64,000 bases of DNA from an uncultured Bacilli bacterium (GTDB lineage Bacteria > Bacillota_I > Bacilli_A > RF39 > UBA660): NCBI GenBank assembly GCA_934131695.1, contig CAKOZV010000002.1, positions 5,316 to 69,315 on the forward strand. The letters are read 5' to 3'. Position numbers and translations under genes: made by a program. The notes under the pieces were generated by a model. It worked only from the letters and a program-made list of their open reading frames with translations, had not been told where the DNA came from and made no database searches. Positions 1 through 9,800 of this stretch are shown one piece after another; within the stretch, counting starts at the first letter, position 1, and every line of letters starts with the position of its first letter.

Positions 1-1251
1 AGTAATGAAGGCAATTATTACTCCGAAAGTTATAGTATCATGCATTACAAGTAAAGCTCCTACAATACATACTGCTACATAACCAAAATTTCCAATGAAT
101 GACATTATTGGTTGCATAAGTCCTGATAAGAATTGACTCTTTCTATTAGCATCATATACTTTTTCATTATACTCATCAAACTTGGTATCAGCTTCCTTCT
201 TACCATTATAAGCTTTTACTACTAAAAGTCCTGAATATACTTCTTCTATATGTGAGTTTAACTTACCTAATTCTCTTTGTCTTGCGGCAAAATATTTTTG
301 TGATTTAGAAAGAACAACAAAGATGATAGAAAAACCAATTAAACTAGCAGATATAGCAGTAAGAGCCATAATCCAGTTCGTTATAAACATCATTAAAATA
401 GTACCTAATAAAAGTGTTATAGCACTAACTAATGATGATAGTGATTGGTTCATACTTTGAGCAATAGTATCAACATCGTTAGTAACACGTGATAAGATAT
501 CTCCTGTTTGATTCTTATCAAAATATTTAAGTGGTAATTTATTAATCTTAGTAGAGATTCTTCCTCTTAGTTTTCTAGCAAAATTATTAGAAACACTAGT
601 CATTATAATTGATTCAATAAATGATAATAAAGCACTAGCTATGTATAGACAAGCTAGAAATAGACTTATTTTTTTAATTTTAGCCATATTCATACTAGGT
701 TCAACTACTTTTCTAATACTCTTTGGCATTTTATCTATTTTCTTATATAAAGCTTTAGCATCTTTCTGGTCTTTTATAGTACTAGTTATTTGTAAAAACT
801 TTAATTGATCAGTTGAAGATATTTTTTGTTTATTAATAGTAAATTCTTTAAAAATTAATTCTAATGTGTTGTCTGATAGTTTTGCTAGATTATCTAGCAT
901 ATTATCTTTATCACTAGATTGCATCACCATCATAAAGTTAGTCTTTTCTTCTACTGTTAAACTTGTGCTTTTCATTATTTCTTGGGGATTAATATTTTGT
1001 AAATTACTAGTAGTTTTCTTACTGATTTCTTTCATTTCATCAACATTTACTATTAACCCTTCTGAAATAGTATCTGTTAGTTTAGAAAGTTTATTAGGAG
1101 CAGCTATTGATAAAACTGATGATAAAATAGCAAAGATTAAAGCCATAGCAATTAGAATTTGAAAGCTCTTTAATTCTTTAAATAAACGTTTCATAGAGCC
1201 TACAAAGTCTTTAGACTTATCCATCTTTGGTCCACGTGGTCCATTATGCAT
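1..1251 (-). CDS. ABC transporter permease/ATP-binding protein, N-terminal (transmembrane) part only; gene runs off the window start
   Basis: Minus-strand frame is open from the ATG at 1251 (MHNGPRGPKMDKSKDF...) to base 1. Sequence is multi-TM and ABC-exporter-like (..RVTNDVDTIAQS..). The ATG overlaps the stop of the upstream ABC gene by 8 nt, which is typical of heterodimeric exporter pairs. It is absent from the ORF track because it has no stop in the window. Confidence 0.8.
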   Translation of the reverse strand, partial: MHNGPRGPKMDKSKDFVGSMKRLFKELKSFQILIAMALIFAILSSVLSIAAPNKLSKLTDTISEGLIVNVDEMKEISKKTTSNLQNINPQEIMKSTSLTVEEKTNFMMVMQSSDKDNMLDNLAKLSDNTLELIFKEFTINKQKISSTDQLKFLQITSTIKDQKDAKALYKKIDKMPKSIRKVVEPSMNMAKIKKISLFLACLYIASALLSFIESIIMTSVSNNFARKLRGRISTKINKLPLKYFDKNQTGDILSRVTNDVDTIAQSMNQSLSSLVSAITLLLGTILMMFITNWIMALTAISASLIGFSIIFVVLSKSQKYFAARQRELGKLNSHIEEVYSGLLVVKAYNGKKEADTKFDEYNEKVYDANRKSQFLSGLMQPIMSFIGNFGYVAVCIVGALLVMHDTITFGVIIAFIT

Positions 1252-3004
1252 TTTCTAACTCCTCCTTTGATAATTGTGATAAAGCTATTTGCTTATAAAC
1301 ATCACAAGTTTTTAATAATTCTTTATGAGTACCCATGCCAACACATTTACCATTATCAAGAACAAGTATCTTATCAGCATTCATGATTGTACCTATTCTT
1401 TGGGCAACGATTAAGCTAGTAGCATCTTTAGTATAGTTTTTTAACTCTTTTCTTAAGATATAATCTGTTTTATAGTCAAGAGCAGAGAAGGAATCATCAA
1501 AAATATAAATTTCTGGGTCTCTTGCTACTGCTCTTGCAATAGATAAACGTTGCTTTTGTCCACCTGATACATTAGTACCTCCTTGGGCAATTTCAGCATC
1601 GTAAGTCTTATCCATCTTAGAAACAAATTCTTCAGCTTGGGCTACTCTTACAGCTTCTTCTATCTTCTTAGCATTAATCTTTCCTTTACCATTATCACCA
1701 AAAGATACATTACTGCTTACTGTTCCGTGGAATAGCGTAGCTTTTTGTGGAACATAACTAATCTTATTACGAAGTGATGCTTGTTTATACTTTTTAACAT
1801 CAACTCCATCTACTAATACTTCTCCATCAGTAGCATCATAAAATCTTGGTATCAAATTAATAAGGGAACTCTTACCACTTCCGGTTGATCCAATAAATGC
1901 AACTGTCTCTCCTTTATTAGCTTTAAAGGAAATATCTTTTAATAAGTATTCTTCAGCATCTGGATACTTAAAGGATACATTTTTAAACTCGACAGTACCA
2001 GTTTCTTTAGTATCACCTGTAAAGGTTCCATCTTTTATACTTAACTCTGTATCTAATACTTCATTAATTCTTTTAGCAGAAACACTTGCTCTTGGTAACA
2101 TCATAAAGATCATTGCAAGCATTAAAAATGACATAATTACTTGCATAGAATAGCTTGAAAATACTACCATATCAGAGAATAAACTTAACTTATCACTCAT
2201 CATAGCTTTATTAATTAAATCTGCTCCAATAAAGTAAATACTAAGTGTTAAGAAATACATTACTAAATACATAATTGGTTGCATAATAGCAAAAGCTTTT
2301 TGGTTAAATAACTGGGTATTAGTTAATTCATTATTAACCTTACTAAATTTATCTTCTTGATACTTTTCAGCATTAAAAGCTCTTACTACTCTAATACCTG
2401 TTAAATTCTCTCTTGTAACTCCATTTAACTTATCAGTAAGTCTTTGAACCCTTTTAAATCTTGGCATAACTATTAACATTAAAGTTAGAATAGTAACTAA
2501 TAAAATGATAACAGCGACAGCCGTTACAGCACTCCAAGTTATATTTTTATTAAGTATTTTGGTAACTGCCCAAATAGCTGTTACCGGAGCTTTAATTAAT
2601 AGTTGTAGTCCCATAGAAATAAACATCTGAATCTGTGTTATATCATTAGTAGTACGTGTAATTAAACTACTAGTTGAAAAGTTTTTAACCTCTGCTATAC
2701 CTAAGTTTTCTACTTTGTTAAATAGTTTTTTTCTAATAGTCTTGGAAAAACTGGCTGATACATTAGATGATATATAACCAACTAAGATAGCTGATAACAA
2801 GCTTCCAAAAGCACAAAGTAACATATAGCCACCATTTTCTAAGATAGCACTCATCTTACTTCCTTCAGTCTGAACAAGTTTTGTAATCTCTGACATATAG
2901 TCAGGTAATTTTAAATCTAACCAAACTTGTACTAAGATAAAAATAAAGGAAATAAAGATTAGCAAATAATCTTTTTTAGTAAAGTTTTTAAATAATTTAA
3001 ACAT
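1244..3004 (-). CDS. ABC transporter permease/ATP-binding protein (MDR-type exporter half)
   Basis: 586 aa with an N-terminal 6-TM domain. Walker A GSTGSGKSS, ABC signature VSGGQKQR and Walker B IYIFDD are present. Confidence 0.9.
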   Translation of the reverse strand: MFKLFKNFTKKDYLLIFISFIFILVQVWLDLKLPDYMSEITKLVQTEGSKMSAILENGGYMLLCAFGSLLSAILVGYISSNVSASFSKTIRKKLFNKVENLGIAEVKNFSTSSLITRTTNDITQIQMFISMGLQLLIKAPVTAIWAVTKILNKNITWSAVTAVAVIILLVTILTLMLIVMPRFKRVQRLTDKLNGVTRENLTGIRVVRAFNAEKYQEDKFSKVNNELTNTQLFNQKAFAIMQPIMYLVMYFLTLSIYFIGADLINKAMMSDKLSLFSDMVVFSSYSMQVIMSFLMLAMIFMMLPRASVSAKRINEVLDTELSIKDGTFTGDTKETGTVEFKNVSFKYPDAEEYLLKDISFKANKGETVAFIGSTGSGKSSLINLIPRFYDATDGEVLVDGVDVKKYKQASLRNKISYVPQKATLFHGTVSSNVSFGDNGKGKINAKKIEEAVRVAQAEEFVSKMDKTYDAEIAQGGTNVSGGQKQRLSIARAVARDPEIYIFDDSFSALDYKTDYILRKELKNYTKDATSLIVAQRIGTIMNADKILVLDNGKCVGMGTHKELLKTCDVYKQIALSQLSKEELENA

Positions 3005-3006
3005 AT

Positions 3007-3690
3007 TTAATCATCCCTTCTTCCAAATATCATAATAAGTCTTAATAGTTCTAATAAAGTTGTTAATATACTAGCTACATAAGTTAAGGCAGCGGCTGTT
3101 AACATAACTTTTCCATCATCTAACTCCTTACTAGTAAAGAAGTGAGCATAATCTAGTTCCTTTAATGCCCTTCTACTAGCATTAATTTCAACTGGCAAAG
3201 TTATTATTTGAAAGAATAAAATAACCATTTCTAGAATTATTCCTATCCATACTAGATTAAATGAACCAAACAAACAACCAAAGAGGATAGCAAAATACCC
3301 AAACTTTGAAGAAAAATTAACAACTGGTATTAGCTTATTCCTAAATCTTAGGAAAAAGTACCCTTCCTTATCTTGAATAGCATGACCACACTCATGACAA
3401 GCAACAGCCACACTTGCAATAGATGCTTCATTATAATTAGAACTAGATAGTCTAATAACTTTATTAGTAGGATCATAGTGATCTGTTAAAAATCCACTAG
3501 TCCTTTCTATTTTTATATCAGAAAGGTCATTTTTGTCAAGTAAATATCTTGCTGCTTCCTTTCCAGTCATTCCTCTCTTATTAGAAATTCTTTCATATTT
3601 CTTATAAGAAGATGTTACAAACACTTCCGCTAAAAATGTTATAATTACACCAATAAATGTTAAACCATATAGGATAAAAAAATCATGCAT
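3007..3690 (-). CDS. membrane zinc metallopeptidase, YugP-like family
   Basis: 227 aa with an HECGHA (HExxH) motif, flanking TM segments and overall YugP-like layout. Confidence 0.75.
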   Translation of the reverse strand: MHDFFILYGLTFIGVIITFLAEVFVTSSYKKYERISNKRGMTGKEAARYLLDKNDLSDIKIERTSGFLTDHYDPTNKVIRLSSSNYNEASIASVAVACHECGHAIQDKEGYFFLRFRNKLIPVVNFSSKFGYFAILFGCLFGSFNLVWIGIILEMVILFFQIITLPVEINASRRALKELDYAHFFTSKELDDGKVMLTAAALTYVASILTTLLELLRLIMIFGRRDD

Positions 3691-3799
3691 ACATTGTCAC
3701 CTCGTCTAATATAATACTATATTATTTTTATTAAATATTAATTAAATTATTAAAAATTATTAAGAAAAAAGAGAGTAATATCTCTTAATCTTAATTAGT

Positions 3800-5041
3800 T
3801 TATAAATTTTTAGCTATACTAAACTCTATATTAAAACCATTATCATTATATCCTTTAATAGTCCCATTATGCATTGTCACAAATTCTTTACAAATAGAAA
3901 GCCCCAGTCCGGATATTTTTCTTGAATTATCTGTAGTAAATAGTGGATCAAATATCTTATCAAGTATTTTATCATCTACGCCTATACCATTATCTTTGAA
4001 ATGAAATAAATAATAATTAGTATCGCTGGTTATTTCAATAGTAACTTTTCCATCATCTTTTAAATACCGCATACTATTAGAAATTAAGTTAGAAATAATT
4101 CTTTTAAATTTTACTATATCTATGTTTATGGTGCTTTCTTCTATGTCTGTTTTAATTACTAACTCTACCCCATTATTTTCAAGTTCCAGTTTATAATCTT
4201 TTTCTATCTCTTTAATCAAATCTTTTATTTTAATAGAAGTTAACTCTAGCTTTTGTTCTCTTTGATTTACCAAATAATCATCAAAAGTTGCTAAGACATT
4301 CTTCAAGTGTAGTGCTTTCTCATAGATTTTTTGATTATATTTCTTTATCTCATCTTTAGTTAGTTTTTCTTCTTCTATTAAATTAGAATAACCAAGAATA
4401 GAAGTTAATGGTGTTTTTATATCATGAGAAATACTGGCTATTATTCTATTTTGTTCTTTCTTTTCCTCTTCTAGGGAATCAACTAAGGATACAAATTCAT
4501 TTTGAATAAGAGAAAACTCATTTTCTACTGGTACTCTACTTGGTCTTTTTCCAAACTTATAATTTCTAATATCTTCTATTATTTTATTAACTGGTTTAAT
4601 TATTTTATCTTTAGCAAACAAAAATATTAGAAGCATACAAACGGTAATTACTAAAGTTTGAAACGCTAATAACTCAAGTATTAATCTTAATATGCTCATA
4701 TTTTTATAAAAGTAAGCATTTACAATGTATTCATGATTATTAACAAATACTTTTTTGGAAAATAAATATAAGTCTTGTTTATCTTTCTTAATCTTTTCTT
4801 TTTCAATACTAAAAGTTAACTCTTTCTCCTTTTTTATATTATCAAGGTCATTTATTAGCTCATCAAATGTATGATAATTATCTTTTATATCTTTAGTAAG
4901 AACTTCTTTCTTTAACATTTCTTTCTTGTTAACCATTGGTTCTACATTACATAAAAACCAGATACCTAACGTTAAAATATTTATAAAAGTAATAAAGATA
5001 AGTCCAATAAGTATTTTTCTTTTAATCGATTTTTTCTTCAT
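3800..5041 (-). CDS. sensor histidine kinase
   Basis: Two TM segments, H-box SHDIKTPLT, and HATPase N and G boxes (NLISNSMRY, GLGLSICK). Confidence 0.85.
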   Translation of the reverse strand: MKKKSIKRKILIGLIFITFINILTLGIWFLCNVEPMVNKKEMLKKEVLTKDIKDNYHTFDELINDLDNIKKEKELTFSIEKEKIKKDKQDLYLFSKKVFVNNHEYIVNAYFYKNMSILRLILELLAFQTLVITVCMLLIFLFAKDKIIKPVNKIIEDIRNYKFGKRPSRVPVENEFSLIQNEFVSLVDSLEEEKKEQNRIIASISHDIKTPLTSILGYSNLIEEEKLTKDEIKKYNQKIYEKALHLKNVLATFDDYLVNQREQKLELTSIKIKDLIKEIEKDYKLELENNGVELVIKTDIEESTINIDIVKFKRIISNLISNSMRYLKDDGKVTIEITSDTNYYLFHFKDNGIGVDDKILDKIFDPLFTTDNSRKISGLGLSICKEFVTMHNGTIKGYNDNGFNIEFSIAKNL

Positions 5042-5046
5042 AGTAA

Positions 5047-5721
5047 TTAGTTCCTCACAAATTTATAACCATAACCCCAAATAGTAATTATATATTTATT
5101 ATTAGGATCTAGCTTTTCTCTTAGGTTCTTAATATTAACAGCTACCGTTCCAATATCTCCATAACAATTACCCCAAACATTTTCAAATATTTGTTCTTTT
5201 GATAAAGCAATACCTGCATTCTCCATTAAATAACTTAAAAGTTCAAATTCCCTAGTTGATACTTCTATTTTTTCTTTATTTTTATATACTTCAAAGCTTT
5301 CCTTATTGATACTAATCTCCCCAATAATGATAGTATTTTTACTGGTTTTACTCCTTGTTTGTAACCTTAAATGAGACTTTATCTTTAAAACAAGTTCCGT
5401 ATTATCAAATGGTTTAGTAATGTAATCATCTCCACCTATTTCATAACCTACCATCTTATCAACTAGTTCTTTTTTTGCAGATAAAAAGACAATAGGACAA
5501 AATACTTTATCTCTTACTTTTACACAAAGTTCCGTACCACTAATATTAGGCATCATTATATCAAGTAAGATTAAGTCATAATTATAATTACCTGATTCTA
5601 GTACTTTCAAAGCTTCAAGAGAATCAGTTATAATATCAGACTCTATCTTCTCTTTTTTTAAAATTAAAGAAACTAACTCTGCTATATCCTTATCATCATC
5701 TATTATTAAAATCTTAGCCAT
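5047..5721 (-). CDS. OmpR-family response regulator
   Basis: Receiver domain (ILIIDDD...LLDIMMP) plus a winged-helix C-terminus (REFELL...GYGYKF). It lies immediately upstream of the kinase gene. Confidence 0.9.
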   Translation of the reverse strand: MAKILIIDDDKDIAELVSLILKKEKIESDIITDSLEALKVLESGNYNYDLILLDIMMPNISGTELCVKVRDKVFCPIVFLSAKKELVDKMVGYEIGGDDYITKPFDNTELVLKIKSHLRLQTRSKTSKNTIIIGEISINKESFEVYKNKEKIEVSTREFELLSYLMENAGIALSKEQIFENVWGNCYGDIGTVAVNIKNLREKLDPNNKYIITIWGYGYKFVRN

Positions 5722-5848
5722 TTAATCAGTCCTTTCTAATAACCATCAGTTGATTTATATTATAACTATCAAAAATATGTTCGTCAATAATTTCTTTGCA
5801 TTTTTTATACTTTTTCTCTATAATATAAAGTTAATAGGAGGAAAAAAT

Positions 5849-6592
5849 ATGATAATAGAAGTTAAAAAAAGCAAACACTTAAATAGATTGGAATTCTTAT
5901 CACTTGCTAAAAGCTATTTAGCTACTTATTTTATATCTTTAGCAAATGGTGATGATAAAGAAAACAGAAAAGCTTTACTTACTAATCTAAAGGATTATTT
6001 ATTAATAACAAAAGAAGAAAATGCTTATCTTAGTTATCTAATTTCTAACTTTGATAAAATTAAAGGTATTGATACATTATATTCTCTATTAGATAGAATT
6101 GATTTATTAAATGAAGTTACCTTTAAATATTTTAATTCTCTAGGTGAAAAATACTTAGATGCTTTAGAATCTAAGGAAAGCTACTCTTTTCCCACTAAAC
6201 CTATACCTTCTTTACTAACTGATGATTCCATAAAAAAAGAAGTAATAGGACTTACTTTATCACAGGATGATTTATTAAATTATTATCAGAAGGAAGATGC
6301 TATTTACTATCTATTCGAGCACACTAAGATTCTTGATACTAATTTAACAGATACTACTTTTTATGGTTGTTATCCAACTATAAAGGACAATATACTTAAG
6401 GGAATAAGAATTTGCGTTCCACCAATTAATAATCTCAATTCTATGTTAATAAATATTCATGAATATAGACATGGCATTGACTTATATCCTTATCTTGGAA
6501 AGCCTTATCAAGAAGATGATTATGAAATAATGGCTAAACAGGAAGAAATTAAATTTCAAAAAACTTTGTCATTAAAAAAGGGGAAAGACTAA
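5849..6592 (+). CDS. hypothetical protein with an HExxH motif
   Basis: ATG at 5849 lies 7 nt after AGGAGG; the upstream part of the tracked ORF looks like leader sequence. Motif HEYRHG sits near the C-terminus. A hairpin terminator overlaps the stop. Confidence 0.5.
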   Translation: MIIEVKKSKHLNRLEFLSLAKSYLATYFISLANGDDKENRKALLTNLKDYLLITKEENAYLSYLISNFDKIKGIDTLYSLLDRIDLLNEVTFKYFNSLGEKYLDALESKESYSFPTKPIPSLLTDDSIKKEVIGLTLSQDDLLNYYQKEDAIYYLFEHTKILDTNLTDTTFYGCYPTIKDNILKGIRICVPPINNLNSMLINIHEYRHGIDLYPYLGKPYQEDDYEIMAKQEEIKFQKTLSLKKGKD

Positions 6593-6609
6593 ATATGGCT
6601 TTCCCTTTT
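6581..6609 (+). terminator. rho-independent terminator
   Basis: GGGAAAG-N11-CTTTCCC followed by TTTT. Confidence 0.6.
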
Positions 6610-6807
6610 AGTAATTTATATTTACTTTTGATACAATTATTTCTTTATATTTTTCATAATTTGGTATAATTTTATCTATAATTATCAAATAACTCACAGT
6701 TGTAATTCTTAAAATATTAAAAAGCAAGAATCCAAATACACAAATAATTTTTTTCTTTTACTCATACTTCTTATCATATTTTTACACGCGTTATAAAATT
6801 AGCAATA

Positions 6808-9800
6808 TTAATGTTGCTTAGCTACTTCATTAGTAAGATTATGAGATTTCTTATATTGAATTAAAGTCTGTTTCATTTTTCGGTATCCTACATCACTCAT
6901 ATTATAGACAAAATTATCATGTGGAAATACTCCTTCTCTAGCTGCCATATGATTTTCCCCGAAATCCCATATTTGGTAGGAATCTTTAAATTGATTAAAA
7001 TCTTTGTCCTTAGCAGCATCTAAGAAACTATCCATAGCATCTACAAAAGAGCCACCATTTTGCAAGATCCAGTTTTCAATTCCAACTCCTCCTAAACCAC
7101 CTTGACTACGATCAGAACTAGTTTTCTTATAAACATTTGCTTCTTTTAAAACTTGTTTAGCTAAAAGTATATTAGCAACTACATAATTATATTTTTCCTT
7201 ATCTATTTTCTTTATAGTCTCTAGTCTATCTTCAAGTGCCATATCTGTTGAGTAACTCACTTCATCTGTCTTAGTTACAAAACTAATATCTATATCCACG
7301 CTATCTTCTTCATCTAATTTTACACCTTTAAGACGAAAATCACCAATAGATGTTATATCGTAAGTATCTTCTTTACCTAATTTTCTTAATAAGGTTTGTT
7401 TTACTTTATCCAATTCTTCTGTCTTAGACATAATCTTTCTATCTAAGCGCATCATAAAATCAAAATCGCCATCACCTGGTTTATTAGTGCCTCTACCAGT
7501 AGAACCTGTATCTATCAGTTCCACTACTCCTGAAGATAAATCACCATCTATTTTTGTTTTTAATTCTAAGCCTACCTCTTGCATAGCCTCTTCTATTACT
7601 CTATTTATTTTTTCTCTTTTCTTTGCTGTTAATTCATTATTAGCTTCTATTTCTTCTTTTAATTCTTCCACTTCACTAATTACCAAATTATCTGAAAAAT
7701 TATAATCATTTTCTTTATAGTGGGATAAACCACTCATTTTATTTCTTAATGCCTTATAATCATCATAAGTAAAGACAGTCCTACCCTCCATATTTCTAAC
7801 TGGCACATAACCTCCATTACTCATAGCTACGATAAGTCCTACTCTTTTGTCATAATTTTCTAACATCAGACTTGTTATTTTAGTAGTTGGAAACCCTACT
7901 TCAATTCCATAATGATCTTTTCCTCTAACCCCAGTCTTAAAGACTTCTATTTTAGTCATATCATTTGTTATATTTTTTTCTCCATCATCATCCCTTGTTA
8001 TTATAAAATCATCATCCGGTTTTATAGCAAAGTAAATTGGACCTTTTTCATGAGCTACTGTCCTATTTATTTTTTCTTTTATCGTTCCTTCATTATCCAA
8101 AATTATTGAAATATCCGTATCAAGTGGAGTCAAGTCACTGTCAGAATCAGCTCCTAAAAATTCTTTTGCTCTACTCCCACTTTCTAATATACTAAGTAGA
8201 TAGGTTATATCTCCGATTCCTTTAATGAAATCTCCCTTATCTAAAGTCATATCATGTTTTGATGCTTGTATATTTCTAAGTTGAGCTTGTTGAAACTTTG
8301 ATTCTATAAAATCTTTTGCCTCTTTCATGGTACTTATCCCAGCATGACCACAAAACATTCTAACTACTCTATCAGCTATATTATAATCACTACTTCCATT
8401 TGGTGATAATTTAGTTACTAACTCATCTATTTCTTCAATTCCATTCTTTTCACTAGTAAATGGCTCTTTCTTACCTTTCATACTATTGTTATAAAGAGTC
8501 TCTAAGTGTTTACTAAATAAGTTCATTGTCTTCTTATCTTCTTCACTTAATGAATCATAACTTTTCTTCCCACTCATTATCTCCTTATATAAATTAGAAC
8601 CAACTTCTATATTATCAAGATAGTCATTTACAGATCTATTATTAGAAGCAAGGGTTGTTCTAATCAAATTAGAAAAAATTGTAAATTGTCTTCCCATAGT
8701 AGATTTATGTTTTAAAATAGGGGAAATTATATCACTATCAAAGTTAAAGTCACTTAAATCAGGATGTAATATTTCAAAACAAGAATATATTTTTCCAATG
8801 GTGGGTAAATTATTTTTAATAAATATATCTTCCATTTTATCAAGTTTTTCTAAAGGGTCGGGAAGTTTAATCACTTGACTTGCTATTGACTTCTTTAGTT
8901 TATACATTTCACTAGAATTAGAATATGATAATTTTTCAAGAGCAGTTACAATAGTACTTATTTTATCATCCTCTAAATTCGAATCTTCCTCACAACAATA
9001 CTCCTTGAAGGTATCTCTTAAATCACAATCAGGTATTTTTTGATATTCTGCTATTATTTTTAGCCTACTGTAGTTAGCCTTATCATTATCATTATCAATA
9101 TTTTCAAATAAAGGAATAGTCCAGTAATAATCTTTACCAAAAGCACAAGCTATATTGGTATCCTTAAAATATTTAAACAAATCAATATCGTTATTAAAGT
9201 CATCTAGTGTAAACTCTCTATTATAGAACTTATCTTTAATTTCTTTAGGAACTTTATCATTTATAAATAAACTAGGATACTTTTTCTTAAAACTTTCATG
9301 TATATCATTATTATAGTCAACATTACCATTTGTTATGTTTTTAAATATTTCCTTGTTAATCTCATCTAATAAAGCAGTTTTAGTTAAGTTTTCTTCATTG
9401 TAACCAAAATTAATTTTCTCAAAACACTTTAAATAAGGTATTATTATTTCATATGTTTCGGTTCTTCCTAAAGTTTTTTCAATATTATCTATTAATCCAC
9501 TTGTTTTAGTTTCAAAAAAATCTCTTAAAGGTCTATTACTTGTACGAATATATTCCAAACAATCAGGATGCTCCTTTATAAAATCGCCATTTATACTATT
9601 TTCATAAAATGCTTTTCTTAATGGTTCTGGAGCATCAAAATCTATAAATATATTAGGATGCTTTTCTCTAAAGTCACCAGTAATATAATCATAATCAAAC
9701 CGATAATATTGATGACTATTTCTAATATTCCATAATTCAGTAGCTATTTTTTCTTGAAACTCATCATAACTATACGAATTTACCAAATCAATATGGCGTA

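Noticed and set aside
866-1162. 98-aa plus-strand ORF
   Set aside because: It is antisense to the partial ABC transporter gene (1-1251, minus), which has clear family features. It has no RBS and is low-complexity hydrophobic.
7487-8109. Plus-strand ORFs 7487-7705 and 7912-8109
   Set aside because: Both are antisense shadows inside the 1489-aa gene.
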